Numbered from the stretch's first letter, positions 37,996 to 48,169 are shown. The stretch is DNA of 64,000 nt from an uncultured bacterium (GCA_934644775.1 CAKUDB010000008.1:10459-74458); one strand, 5' to 3'. Notes: generated by a model from the letters alone, not told the origin. Made by a program: numbers and translations.

Positions 37996-38976
37996 CTAGC
38001 GACGACATTCGCGACAAGGGCGATCCTGGCGCTGGGGACACTGTTTTTCTATTTCGGCCAATTTGGCCCTTTGCTCATCAGTTAAAACAGAAGAGAGCTC
38101 TTTTTTCATCAGTTCTATTTCACTTCTATCGGCATTACGCATAGCCTCAAAGCGTTTTTGATGCTCTTGGCGATATTTTTCGCAAATAGCCTGAACTTGT
38201 TTATCTTGAGCTTCAGAAAGTTGCAACTGTTCCCTTACAAAAGGAGGCCAGCTGCCCATAAAAGGCTCCGAACCGGGGCCAAGCTTCATAGCGCGAGGAC
38301 CTCCCCTATGTTTGCCTTTAGGGCCACGTTTAGGAGCGCCGACACAATCTTTCATAGTGAAAGTGTCAAGTTTGCTCTGTTGCTCGGTACTAAGGATAGG
38401 GCGCAAGTCGGCTTTCAAAGTGGCTAAAGCTTTTTCTCGATCTTGCTGCTCTTGCTGTCTGTACTCAACTAAGGTATCTTTTTGCTCTTGACTAAGCTTA
38501 ATGGGAGTTGGGCGCTCAGCTCGGTTAGGACGAGCCATTTTATCCTGGCGGCCCTCATGGAAACCGTCCTCCGGGCCTAACTTCTTCTGCTCATATTGCT
38601 GTAATTGCTCACGTTGTTCGGGAGTCAAAACTTTTTCAAAGTTGCCTCGCCTACTTTGCTGAACTTTGAGCATGGCGCTGTCAAATTTCTGTAAGCTGGG
38701 GGCAGCCTTAGTGCGCTGCTCTTGAGTCAGTTGCAATTTTCGAGCAACTCTCTCAGATGCACGACAGTTCCTTTTACTGTGGCGACGCGGGCCACATTTT
38801 TTCTTAGCTTGGCCACATTGACTGTCCTTAGACTGAGGACAAGTTACACAAGCTTTGGTGCGGCAAGCTTGGTCTGGACATTTAGTTGAACTGTCAGCCC
38901 AACTGTAGCTAGCTAGACCAAGCAATAAGGAAACACTACATACAGACAAAGTAGTTGTTAAGAAAAATTTCTTCAT
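37996..38976 (-). CDS. Periplasmic Spy/CpxP/ZraP-like protein with six LTxxQ-type motifs and Cys-rich termini
   Basis: Signal peptide. Motifs LTQEQ, LTPEQ, LSQEQ, LSTEQ, LSEAQ and LTDEQ. Seven Cys in the first ~45 mature residues and CPQRQDRPCRECRR at the C-terminus. Confidence 0.6.
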   Translation of the reverse strand: MKKFFLTTTLSVCSVSLLLGLASYSWADSSTKCPDQACRTKACVTCPQSKDSQCGQAKKKCGPRRHSKRNCRASERVARKLQLTQEQRTKAAPSLQKFDSAMLKVQQSRRGNFEKVLTPEQREQLQQYEQKKLGPEDGFHEGRQDKMARPNRAERPTPIKLSQEQKDTLVEYRQQEQQDREKALATLKADLRPILSTEQQSKLDTFTMKDCVGAPKRGPKGKHRGGPRAMKLGPGSEPFMGSWPPFVREQLQLSEAQDKQVQAICEKYRQEHQKRFEAMRNADRSEIELMKKELSSVLTDEQRAKLAEIEKQCPQRQDRPCRECRR

Positions 38977-39108
38977 AATATCGGCCTCCTAGTAGTTATC
39001 CCTAAAGGATTGGGTATCACTTTACTATTTCTTGCTACAGAGGGTTGAATACAAATAGGAATAGATAGTTTTCGTATAGGGGGAATTTTTATTAAAGCTT
39101 AATTAAAA

Positions 39109-39714
39109 CTAAATTCCCAAATCTAAATTTACTCGAGAAGTGAGAGCCATTTCAGCTTCAATTATAGAATTAAAATTGTCAACCGCCTCATCAATATCTT
39201 CGTTAATTACTGTATACTTATATTTATCCATATTTTTCATCTCGGTACGAGCTCGAAGAAGGCGACCGGCCAATTGCTCAGCCGACTCAGTACCCCGTCC
39301 GCGCAACCTCTCTTCCAATACTTCCCAAGAAGGCGGAGCTAAGAAAATACTTACACAATCGGGGACTTGCTGCATAACTTCCGCGCCCCCTTTTACATCT
39401 ATTTCTAAAATGACATGTTTACCTTCACTACGTTTTTGCTCGACAAATTCTTTGGGAGTTCCGTAACAAGCGCTAAAGTGATTGTCCCATTCTAAGAATT
39501 TATTTTGGTTGACCCACTGGTTAAAAGTTTCCAAGGAAATAAAGTGGTAATTTACTCCGTCAACCTCTCCAACACGAGGCTGACGAGTAGTACAAGAAAC
39601 GGACAGAGTACAATCCGAACGTTTTTGCAAAAGGCGACTAACTATCGTACCTTTACCTGCTCCCGAAGGGCCAGAGACGATTAAAAGTAATCCCTGACGT
39701 TTATTATTTTCCAT
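39109..39714 (-). CDS. gmk: Guanylate kinase
   Basis: GPSGAGKGT P-loop, TTRQPRVGEVDGVNYHF and LEIDVKG motifs. I prefer the ATG at 39714 (MENNKRQGLLLIVSGPSGAGKG) over the 16-aa longer track start. Confidence 0.9.
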   Translation of the reverse strand: MENNKRQGLLLIVSGPSGAGKGTIVSRLLQKRSDCTLSVSCTTRQPRVGEVDGVNYHFISLETFNQWVNQNKFLEWDNHFSACYGTPKEFVEQKRSEGKHVILEIDVKGGAEVMQQVPDCVSIFLAPPSWEVLEERLRGRGTESAEQLAGRLLRARTEMKNMDKYKYTVINEDIDEAVDNFNSIIEAEMALTSRVNLDLGI

Positions 39715-39924
39715 AAAAGACACCAACCATTTCCTAAAGCTGAAAAACCAAGGCTTGGCCATTCTCTGCCTAAAAAAAATCGCCTTTCACAAAAAAGATG
39801 ACCTTTACCTGAGCTTGCCTTATATTTCACCCTAAAGGAAACCAAGAGGGAACAAAGGCTCTAAGACTGGTAATATAGAAAAAACGAAAATTATCAGGAT
39901 TTTTTCTATTTTAGGGATTTATTT

Positions 39925-41724
39925 ATGAATTTAGATGCGGTATCTTTAAAAGCTATCGTTAAGGAGTTGACTCCTTTAATTACTGGTGGAGTTATCCAAA
40001 AGATTTCTCAGCTTAGTCGTTTAGATGTAGTTATGCAGATACGCCAACCTGGTATTACCCACAAGTTGCTCTTTCGTTTAGAGCAAGACAACGCTGGATT
40101 GGGACTTACCGAAGCTAAGCTACCACCGGCCGAAGCTCCAACCGGCTTTGTTATGTTGTTACGCAAATATTTACAAGGCAAAAAAATTGCCACTATCGAG
40201 CAAAACGGTTTAGAGAAGATTATAAAACTTAAAATCGACGATAAAATCCTCCTTTTGGAAATGTACGGTCGTAGCAATAATCTGTATTTATTGAGCGAAA
40301 ACGGCAAAATTATGGGTATGTTGGTAAAAGATACCAAGTTAGATGCTCAGCAAGCCGGCAAACTCTACAAAGCCCCAGCTCCTCCCAGTAAACCTGATGC
40401 TTCTCTAGTTTCCTTCCGAGAAATATACAATTTATTACTACCTTTTGTAGGTCAGGCGGCCACAAAAACCTTGCGCTCTGCCCTCTTTGGCCTTTCTGCG
40501 CAGCAAACAGGCTATATATGTAAACTAGCCGGACTTACAGAAAATGATCCAGTTAGCCAAGACAACATAAATAACTTAGCTATAGGGCTCGATCAATGGC
40601 AGATGTTGCTTGAAGAAGAGACTTTTTCTCCAGTTTTAACTTCTAAAGGTAAACTTTCCCCTTGGTCTTTGGAAGAAGATGGAGAACAAGCCTTACCTTC
40701 CATGCTTAAAGCCTTAGATATTCACACCTCAGCTCCTGGTATAGATAACAAACGTCAAATCGTCCAACGCCTACTTCTTAAAGCTAAAGAAAAGGCTCAA
40801 TCTGCTTTACAAAAACGTTTGGAGGCCTTGGAAAGTACCAAGTTCAGCCCTTTAAAACGCTTAGCTGGAGAGCTTATTTTGGCCAATTTAGATAAAATTG
40901 AATCTCGAGCCGACAGCTTAGTTCTAAATGATGATAACCAAGAATTGCCTGCGGAAGCTATAGCCATTTTGGAAGAGCTGGGAAACAAAGATACTCTGGC
41001 TACTTCTGCTCAAAATGGTAAAGGGACTAAACAAGTTAAACGGGGCAAGTTAAATATTGAGCACCGAGAAGGCAAAATTATCGTATATCTCAATCCTTTG
41101 CTCTCAGCTAGTGACAATGCTCAGGCCTACTTTAAAGAATACCATCGTTTAAAAAGGGCAGTAACTTCCGTCCAGGAGCCCATCCAACGAGCCCAAGAAG
41201 AGATCGACTTTTTGGATGAATTGCTCTATTTTGCCGAAAGCGCTTCCGAAGCTCAAGAATTGGAAGATATACGTCGCCAATGGAGCGAATCTAAGAAAGG
41301 CGCTTCTTCATCTCAAGTAAAGAAGACTCGCTCTATACAGACCGGCCCTTTAGGCCCTAAAAAGTTTATCTACAAAAATTTTGTTATTTTGGCTGGACGT
41401 AATCCCAGGCAGAATGATCAAATTACATTCAAAATGGCTGCAGCCGGAGATATTTGGCTACACTCTCAGGGCGCCCCGGGGGCCCACGTAGTAATAAAGA
41501 CCGCTGGAGGCAAAGTTACTCCCGATATTTTAGAAGTTGCCGCAGTGATAGCGGCCCGCAATTGTCGGGTACGTAATTCTACTAAAGTCGATGTGAGTTA
41601 CTGTGATGTTAAGCAAGTAAAAAAGCCTAAGAGCAGTCCGCCAGGCCGCGTTATCTTAAAAAGCTTTAAAACACTTACAGTAAATCCTCATCTGGAAATC
41701 GACCTACTAGAGCAGCAGCGCTAG
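39925..41724 (+). CDS. rqcH: NFACT-family ribosome quality control protein (RqcH / FbpA-like)
   Basis: NFACT-N start (MNLDAVSLKAIVKEL...GGVIQKISQ), central coiled coil, and a DUF814/NFACT-R region (ILAGRNPRQNDQITFKMAAAGDIWLHSQGAPGAHVVIK). Confidence 0.85.
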   Translation: MNLDAVSLKAIVKELTPLITGGVIQKISQLSRLDVVMQIRQPGITHKLLFRLEQDNAGLGLTEAKLPPAEAPTGFVMLLRKYLQGKKIATIEQNGLEKIIKLKIDDKILLLEMYGRSNNLYLLSENGKIMGMLVKDTKLDAQQAGKLYKAPAPPSKPDASLVSFREIYNLLLPFVGQAATKTLRSALFGLSAQQTGYICKLAGLTENDPVSQDNINNLAIGLDQWQMLLEEETFSPVLTSKGKLSPWSLEEDGEQALPSMLKALDIHTSAPGIDNKRQIVQRLLLKAKEKAQSALQKRLEALESTKFSPLKRLAGELILANLDKIESRADSLVLNDDNQELPAEAIAILEELGNKDTLATSAQNGKGTKQVKRGKLNIEHREGKIIVYLNPLLSASDNAQAYFKEYHRLKRAVTSVQEPIQRAQEEIDFLDELLYFAESASEAQELEDIRRQWSESKKGASSSQVKKTRSIQTGPLGPKKFIYKNFVILAGRNPRQNDQITFKMAAAGDIWLHSQGAPGAHVVIKTAGGKVTPDILEVAAVIAARNCRVRNSTKVDVSYCDVKQVKKPKSSPPGRVILKSFKTLTVNPHLEIDLLEQQR

Positions 41725-41755
41725 TTTAACTTTTTTAGCCAAACGGAGAGACGAA

Positions 41756-42334
41756 ATGCTAAACTTCAAAAAATGTTTAAGCCTTGGGGCCTGCGCTTTA
41801 GCACTATTGTTATCGGGTTGTACTTCTTCAATAAACCAACCTACTTCGACTCCGCCAGAAAGAGAATTAAAGAGTGGATCCCTTCCCTCTGTGCGCTCTA
41901 CAGGTAAGCCTATGGCCCTCTTTACGGCCCGAGAGCTTACCTCTGGGAGGGAATTGAGCTTTGCTCCCAAAACGCACCAGCATCTTACCATAATTACCCT
42001 CTGGTCGCCGACTTGGTTCGACGAGCATAAAGCCCAAACTGAAGCCCTGAAGAAAGTAGCTTTACTATACGCCTCTAACTTGCGCATTATTTGCCTAGTT
42101 TACGATACCCCTTTACCTACAGCTAAAAAATTCATAAAAAATGAAAACCTAAATTTTGAAATGGCCTTGGGAGATCAACAGCTTTACCAAAAACTGGGCC
42201 TAAAGTCTATACCTTCCTATTGGTTTTTAGATTCAGATGGAAATTTACTTAAAAGCGTAGAGGGACTTCTTACTTACGAAGATCTGCAAAAGTTGCTGAC
42301 AACTTTCGTCAACGATAATAGCAATATAAAGTGA
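41756..42334 (+). CDS. Thioredoxin-fold (TlpA/redoxin-like) lipoprotein lacking the CXXC motif
   Basis: Lipobox LLLSGC. LTIITLWSPTWFDEHKAQ occupies the position of WxxWCxxC. A LGLKSIPSYWFLDSDGNL cis-Pro loop region is present. Confidence 0.6.
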   Translation: MLNFKKCLSLGACALALLLSGCTSSINQPTSTPPERELKSGSLPSVRSTGKPMALFTARELTSGRELSFAPKTHQHLTIITLWSPTWFDEHKAQTEALKKVALLYASNLRIICLVYDTPLPTAKKFIKNENLNFEMALGDQQLYQKLGLKSIPSYWFLDSDGNLLKSVEGLLTYEDLQKLLTTFVNDNSNIK

Positions 42335-42378
42335 GCTCATTAGAAAGAAGCAAGAAGGTATAAGATAAGGTTGCTTCC

Positions 42379-42996
42379 TTAGTCTTCTTGTAACTTATCG
42401 AGCAATTCTTTAAGGTTTTTAATGCGTTTAAGACGCCAAAGACCGTTTTCCTGGTGCATTTCCAACTGCATTACCAATTCGTTGGTAAAACCACGCGGAT
42501 AGAGGCGCACCCCCATAACGGCAACCTTATTCTCGATAACCGTATATTCTACGACAGCTACCCCGAAACCTAAGCTGTCAAAAAAAGAGAAGTCTATGCT
42601 TTTTAAGCCGGAACGATCGACAAAGTTATCGTCACTATTATCCTCTCCGCTGACATAGCGCCTAATTCTACTTTTAGCCAGCTCTATAGCTTCATTCTTT
42701 ACTAAACTGGTGGCATTTTTAATAAAAGCTTGGCCTTTTACTAACGAAAGGAGATTATTCTTGCCCAATTGTTGCTCAATTAGCGAATCGGCGGCATCGT
42801 CGTAAGCAAACCTAAGAACGCTATCTAAATCGACTCTGGCCTCAAAAGCCTGCCAATCATGGTTTTCAATAGCCGTCTTTACTAAAGTTAAAGAATAGAT
42901 GGGAGTATTTTTCCAATATCCGTAATAAAATGCTAAGAAAGCCAAAAGCAAGGCTACCGCTACTGAACTGGTAATAATGATTGCTTTTTTCTGCAT
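42379..42996 (-). CDS. Membrane-anchored hypothetical protein (DUF2939-like)
   Basis: Single N-terminal TM segment followed by YYGYWKNTPIYSLTLVKTAIENHDWQAFEARVDLDSVL. The pattern recalls DUF2939, but the call is by memory only. Confidence 0.45.
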   Translation of the reverse strand: MQKKAIIITSSVAVALLLAFLAFYYGYWKNTPIYSLTLVKTAIENHDWQAFEARVDLDSVLRFAYDDAADSLIEQQLGKNNLLSLVKGQAFIKNATSLVKNEAIELAKSRIRRYVSGEDNSDDNFVDRSGLKSIDFSFFDSLGFGVAVVEYTVIENKVAVMGVRLYPRGFTNELVMQLEMHQENGLWRLKRIKNLKELLDKLQED

Positions 42997-43104
42997 TAGA
43001 CATTCTCCACTAAAGTATAAAAAAATACTCTATAAAAATAAAAGCAAGCTACCCCAGGTATACAAGATAGCTCGCCATTTTACTTAGTAAATCGACCTCA
43101 AACT

Positions 43105-44307
43105 TTATTTAATAGCAGCCATTTCTTCTCTGATTGAATCACAAAGGACACGTACTCCGTAGCGAACCTTTTCTGGAGGCAAATTAGAGAAGTTAATTCT
43201 GGCCACGTTGGGCTTTTTGGTTATTGAGTAAAAAGCCTCTCCGGGCACAAAAGCTACCTTGTGAGCCAAACAGCGGGCTAAAAGCTTACGGGCATTGATA
43301 TTTTCTGGCAATTCCAACCAAACAAACATTCCACCTCGAGGCCTGGTAAAGCGTACTCCTTGGGGAGCATGGGCTTCCAATTCGCTGAGCATAGCCAGAC
43401 AGCGCTCTTTGTAAATACTGCTGATCAACTTCACCCGCTCGTTAAAATCATTATTGACTAAATAACGGTGAATAATCATTTGATTGAGCAAAGGCGTTTG
43501 CAAGTCGGTAGCTTGTTTCAAAATGACCATTTTACGCACAAATTCTTTGTTACCAGTAAGCCAAGCCACGCGCAAACCGGGACACAATACCTTGGAGAAA
43601 CTGCCTAAATCGACTACCAATCCTTTAGGATCAAAATGGGATAGAGAACAACGCTCCATAGGCTCAAAACAAACTTCATAATAAGCATTGTCTTCAATAA
43701 CCGGAATCTCATACTTGGTCATAAGCTCCATAAAGAGACGCCTTCTCTCCATACTCCAAGTACGACCTGAGGGATTTTGGAAATCGGTAATAACGTATAC
43801 ACACTTAGGCCTATGCAGCTGAATCCTCTCTTCTAAGCCCTCGATAACTGCTCCGTCGTCATCGACTTCCATCTCCTCAAAGTTGGCTCCACACATACGA
43901 AAGGCAGCCAAAGCGGCCATATAAGTGGGAGCTTCCGTCCAGACAAGATCCCCTTCATCTATAAAAAGCTTGGAAACGAGATCTAAACCTGATTGGGAAC
44001 CGCTAGTAATAAGGATATTGTCTAATCCTTCTATATTCATGCCCCAATAACGGTTGAGGCGATCTATAATCCACTCTCTAAGCGGAGTATAACCCTCTGT
44101 AGGGGCATACTGAAGAATGCGCACTCCCTCGTCGTGAAGAAGGGCAGCAGCGTGCTCGGCAATCTCTTTATAAGGGAAAAGCTCAGGAGCAGGGAGACCG
44201 CCGGCAAAGGAGAGAACGTCGGGACGCTCGGTAATTTTAAGTATTTCGCGTACTTCCGAAGCAGACACGAAATTCATACGATTGGCTAAATGGTATTTCA
44301 TGAACAA
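43105..44307 (-). CDS. PLP-dependent aminotransferase, class I/II (AspC/LysN/ARO8-like)
   Basis: LSFAGGLPAPELFP, ITSGSQSGLDL, SFSKVLCPGLRVAW (PLP lysine) and the RINFS tail. Confidence 0.8.
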   Translation of the reverse strand: MFMKYHLANRMNFVSASEVREILKITERPDVLSFAGGLPAPELFPYKEIAEHAAALLHDEGVRILQYAPTEGYTPLREWIIDRLNRYWGMNIEGLDNILITSGSQSGLDLVSKLFIDEGDLVWTEAPTYMAALAAFRMCGANFEEMEVDDDGAVIEGLEERIQLHRPKCVYVITDFQNPSGRTWSMERRRLFMELMTKYEIPVIEDNAYYEVCFEPMERCSLSHFDPKGLVVDLGSFSKVLCPGLRVAWLTGNKEFVRKMVILKQATDLQTPLLNQMIIHRYLVNNDFNERVKLISSIYKERCLAMLSELEAHAPQGVRFTRPRGGMFVWLELPENINARKLLARCLAHKVAFVPGEAFYSITKKPNVARINFSNLPPEKVRYGVRVLCDSIREEMAAIK

Positions 44308-44422
44308 AAAATCAAGACCCCCAAAAGTTATTACCGAAGCTGATACAACCCTCGACTAAGAATTTTGGAAGCCTTGTTTTTTTAGTAGCAAAGTCTAAAA
44401 GAGGTCAATAGCCCAAATCTTT

Positions 44423-46492
44423 CTAAGAAAGAGGATGTTCGAACTTAATCTTAGAGAGATTATCTTTTAAGTGATCGTCTTCCTGCTCAGGTTTGGTAGC
44501 TTCTTCCACTTTTATGGCAGCCTTTACTTTAGCCTCTTCAATTTTTACTTGTTCTAGACCACTAAGAGTCTTGGCAGTATAGAACATACAAGCCAAAGGT
44601 GCCAAAGTAAGCTCTAAAGAGAGCTGGTGAGCCCCCAAAGGCACCGGCTGGGCGGCCAATTCTTCTTCTACTTTGTAGCCGCTGCCTCCGTACTGGGGAT
44701 CGTCAGAATTGAGCTCTAACTTCCAATGGCCTTCTACTTCCATAGGCAAACCGATCCGGTAATTGACACGCGGCACAGGGGTAAAGTTGCAAACAACCAT
44801 AACTACACTGCCCCTGCCTAAAGGATAGCGCACGAAAATAGCTACGCTGTTAAGAGGATCGTCACATTGTAACCAAGTAAAACCGCCCGGACTGTTGTCC
44901 AGCTCCCAAAGTTCGGGATGTTCCTTATAGAAATAGTTGAGAGAACGGCACCACTCTTGCATTTGCTGGTGGGGCTTTTCGTCTAACAAATGCCAGTCTA
45001 AAGACTGATTAAAGTTCCACTCATTCCACTGGGCAAATTCATTGCCCATAAAGCTAAGCTTCTTACCCGGATAGCCAATCATATAACCATACAAAGTGCG
45101 CAAATTGGCATAACTTTGCCACTGGTCGCCGGGCATCTTATTCAGAAGGGAACGCTTACCGTAAACTACTTCATCATGCGAAAAAGGCAGAATAAAATCT
45201 TCGGAATACTGATAAAGCATACCGAAAGTCAACTTATTATAGCTATAACGGCGGTAGATGGGATCGTCGGACATAAACTTGAGAGTATCGTGCATCCAAC
45301 CCATATTCCATTTGAAGGTAAAACCTAAGCCGCCCTCGTCGACAGGGCCAGTTACGTGAGCCCAAGAAGTAGACTCCTCGGCGCAAGTGAAGCAACCGGG
45401 ACACTCTTTAATAACGGCGCTATTAAAATCGCGCAAGAAGGAGACAGCTTCCAAGTTTTCATGGCCGCCATATTTATTGGGAACCCAACCGCCGCTCTGT
45501 TTGCCATAATCTAAGTAAAGCATAGAAGCTACTGCGTCTACTCGGATACCGTCTATATGGTAGCACTCTAACCAAAAGAGACCGGAAGAGATAAGGAAAT
45601 TGCGGACTTCGTTGCGTCCGTAGTTAAAAATATAAGTCCCCCACTGCGGATGACACCCCTGGCGCGGATCTTCATGCTCGTAAAGGCAACTGCCGTCGAA
45701 GCGAGCTAAACTAAAAGCATCTTTAGGGAAATGGGCCGGCACCCAATCCAAAATGACCCCAATCCCGTTACAGTGCAACTCGTCGATAAGGTGCATGAGC
45801 TGCTCGGGAGTGCCGAAACGACTGGTAGGAGCAAAATAACCGGTAGACTGATACCCCCAGGAACCATCGTAAGGATATTCAGTCAAAGGCATAAACTCTA
45901 CATGGGTATAGCCCATCTCTTTGAGATAAGGAACCAACTCTTGAGCAGCTTCTTCGTAAGTAAGGTAATCGGTACCATTTTTGCGACGCCAAGAGGCTAA
46001 ATTACATTCATAAATATTCATAGCCTGACGGCGAATAGAGCTTTGGGCTCTCTGGGCCATCCATTCAGCGTCTCTCCACTGATATTTGCCAATATCCCAA
46101 ATAACGGAAGCTTTTCCCCACTCGCTCCCCGTACGCCTCATCTCGGTGGCAAAAGCGTAAGGATCTGCCTTTTCAAGGATAATGTCCTGGTGAGGCTTAA
46201 TGGCATATTTGTAGCAATCGCCTTCTTTTAAACCAGGGATGAAACCTTGCCAAACACCTGTATCATTATTAAGGATCAAAGGGTTGACGTCGGGAGTCCA
46301 TTTATTTAGATCACAAATAACAGAAACACGCTCGGCATTAGGAGCCCAAACCGCAAAATGAACGCCTTTCTGCCCCTCATAAGTGGCCAAATGGGCACCC
46401 ATACGGCGATAGGCCTTATGATGAGCGGCTTTACACCACAAATAACGATCGTAGGACGTCATGACTGGCAATTTTTCATGAACTTTATCCAT
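44423..46492 (-). CDS. glgB: 1,4-alpha-glucan branching enzyme with a ~60-aa charged C-terminal tail
   Basis: FAVWAPNA, VILDWVPAHF, DGIRVDAVASMLY, FTCAEEST and LPFSHDEVV (GH13 regions I-IV). Confidence 0.95.
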   Translation of the reverse strand: MDKVHEKLPVMTSYDRYLWCKAAHHKAYRRMGAHLATYEGQKGVHFAVWAPNAERVSVICDLNKWTPDVNPLILNNDTGVWQGFIPGLKEGDCYKYAIKPHQDIILEKADPYAFATEMRRTGSEWGKASVIWDIGKYQWRDAEWMAQRAQSSIRRQAMNIYECNLASWRRKNGTDYLTYEEAAQELVPYLKEMGYTHVEFMPLTEYPYDGSWGYQSTGYFAPTSRFGTPEQLMHLIDELHCNGIGVILDWVPAHFPKDAFSLARFDGSCLYEHEDPRQGCHPQWGTYIFNYGRNEVRNFLISSGLFWLECYHIDGIRVDAVASMLYLDYGKQSGGWVPNKYGGHENLEAVSFLRDFNSAVIKECPGCFTCAEESTSWAHVTGPVDEGGLGFTFKWNMGWMHDTLKFMSDDPIYRRYSYNKLTFGMLYQYSEDFILPFSHDEVVYGKRSLLNKMPGDQWQSYANLRTLYGYMIGYPGKKLSFMGNEFAQWNEWNFNQSLDWHLLDEKPHQQMQEWCRSLNYFYKEHPELWELDNSPGGFTWLQCDDPLNSVAIFVRYPLGRGSVVMVVCNFTPVPRVNYRIGLPMEVEGHWKLELNSDDPQYGGSGYKVEEELAAQPVPLGAHQLSLELTLAPLACMFYTAKTLSGLEQVKIEEAKVKAAIKVEEATKPEQEDDHLKDNLSKIKFEHPLS

Positions 46493-46918
46493 ACTTCACA
46501 ACTCCTAATAAAAACAAATCCTGTAAGAAAAAGCGCTAAAAATTACCCCATATATAAGGTAATTCGAGACGCCTTAAGAGTTACCATCATCACCAATAAT
46601 AAACCACATAGAGACGGCACCTCTGTGTATCATACGACAAATAGGCTCTAAGGAATAGGTGAAAAGGAGCCCAAAATAGCTAAAGAGATAAAAATATTTG
46701 TTCCAAACGGTGTATTCTACATCAATAAAGTACCAACATAGGCATATAGCCAATTCACCCCTAAATTATATGTCATATACAACATTTTTACAGCCGACAG
46801 CCCTAAGAAAAGAGATGGCCCTTTTTTGTTACTTTTGGGAAGAATAACAAATCGGGGCCATTACTCATATTGCTCAATATAGAGAGCCATATGGCTACTA
46901 AATTGAGCCTATATATTT

Positions 46919-48031
46919 TTATTCGTAGCTCATAGCACTTTCAAAGTAACGCTGGTTGAGGCTGTGGCAAATTTGCGAAGTTTCGGTTATGCGCTGGGCA
47001 GTCTTCTCACATTGCTCATCTATGGTACCCAAAAAGCCCTTATATTCAAGCTGGAGCTCCATAGGAGGAATGGGAATAGGCAATTCGTTCAAGGAAGACT
47101 TGGGAAGTTTGGGCATAACGCCACCGCGCAAGCTAGAAGTAATATCTAAGCTATTGATAACCATTTCCAAATATTCGGGAATAACGCCAGCATCAGGATT
47201 GATACGTAAAACGTGAACCAGATCGCTAGCCCAAATTTTGCCATGCACAGCTTTGGCAATAGGAGCATCGCCAGAAGTAAGTATCGAACCGACCTTAGCC
47301 ACTAAGAGCAAATCTTCATCGAAAAGGTACTCGTCGACGCTGTCGACAATGTCAATAGAATCGTAATAAGGATATTCGCCGGGCACTCTATCTTTAGCTA
47401 AAAGCGAACGAGACTTCAAACGCTCAGTTAAAGCCCCCAAAGGCTTAACTTCCCAAGCGCGATCGTTGACGTCGACCTGACCGAAGAGTTCGGTAAAGCG
47501 GGCAGCCACCAAATCTTCCGACTTATCCAGCTGTTCAAATTGCAAATTCATTAAGTCGTAAGCATTGCGCAATACATCGGCTATAAGCTCTTGCTCTTTC
47601 AAACTGGGCAGAGGAATGACCGTCTCTTGTAAATCGTCGATAGAAACGTCATCTTCAAGTAAGCCAGCATTTTCATCATCTTCAAGTTTACTGAAGATAT
47701 AAGAGAGAGCGTAAGCCATGTATAAAGGATTTAATTGCTCGGTATCAGGGCATAAACGGCAGAAATGGTGGCTAAAGAGAGCATCTTCACCGTTCCAAGG
47801 CTCGATGGATAAACGATCCGTAAGCGATACTAAATATTCACCGTCGTGGACTAGCTGTTCTTTGGAGTAATCACCGGTATAATAGGTAGAAGCCTGCCCT
47901 TTTTCAATATCACTGTGAAGAATGACAGGAACTCCCTCAGTTCCATCTTCGTTAAGTAGACTGCGATCGATATTTACTCCGCCTTGAAAAGCGCAAACAT
48001 CACCTAAGCGGGTCATTTTATACTCTGACAT
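46919..48031 (-). CDS. hsdS: Type I restriction-modification specificity (HsdS-like) protein, orphan
   Basis: Two target-recognition halves, each ending in a conserved helix: LGDVCAFQGG ... IPLPSLKEQELIADVL, and VKPLGALTE ... LPIPIPPMELQLEY. There is no hsdM or hsdR in the window. Confidence 0.8.
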   Translation of the reverse strand: MSEYKMTRLGDVCAFQGGVNIDRSLLNEDGTEGVPVILHSDIEKGQASTYYTGDYSKEQLVHDGEYLVSLTDRLSIEPWNGEDALFSHHFCRLCPDTEQLNPLYMAYALSYIFSKLEDDENAGLLEDDVSIDDLQETVIPLPSLKEQELIADVLRNAYDLMNLQFEQLDKSEDLVAARFTELFGQVDVNDRAWEVKPLGALTERLKSRSLLAKDRVPGEYPYYDSIDIVDSVDEYLFDEDLLLVAKVGSILTSGDAPIAKAVHGKIWASDLVHVLRINPDAGVIPEYLEMVINSLDITSSLRGGVMPKLPKSSLNELPIPIPPMELQLEYKGFLGTIDEQCEKTAQRITETSQICHSLNQRYFESAMSYE

Positions 48032-48169
48032 ATCGAACCCCTTTCAAGATATCTTATGGCACAACTATTCATTGAACTTCGGTTCCTTCTGTAAAGATTC
48101 AAGATTCTCCCCCTGCCTATTTTCTTTTACCAATCTGACCTTAATAGACCCACAGACTCTCAAATCTGC

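Noticed and set aside
46493-46918. The 426-bp AT-rich ORF-free gap downstream of hsdS, considered as a remnant of hsdM/hsdR or of a mobile element.
   Set aside because: I could not read any frame with recognisable methylase or helicase motifs. I found no terminal repeats, only a short AGCCATATGGCT palindrome. It stays unexplained and is mentioned under the hsdS finding.
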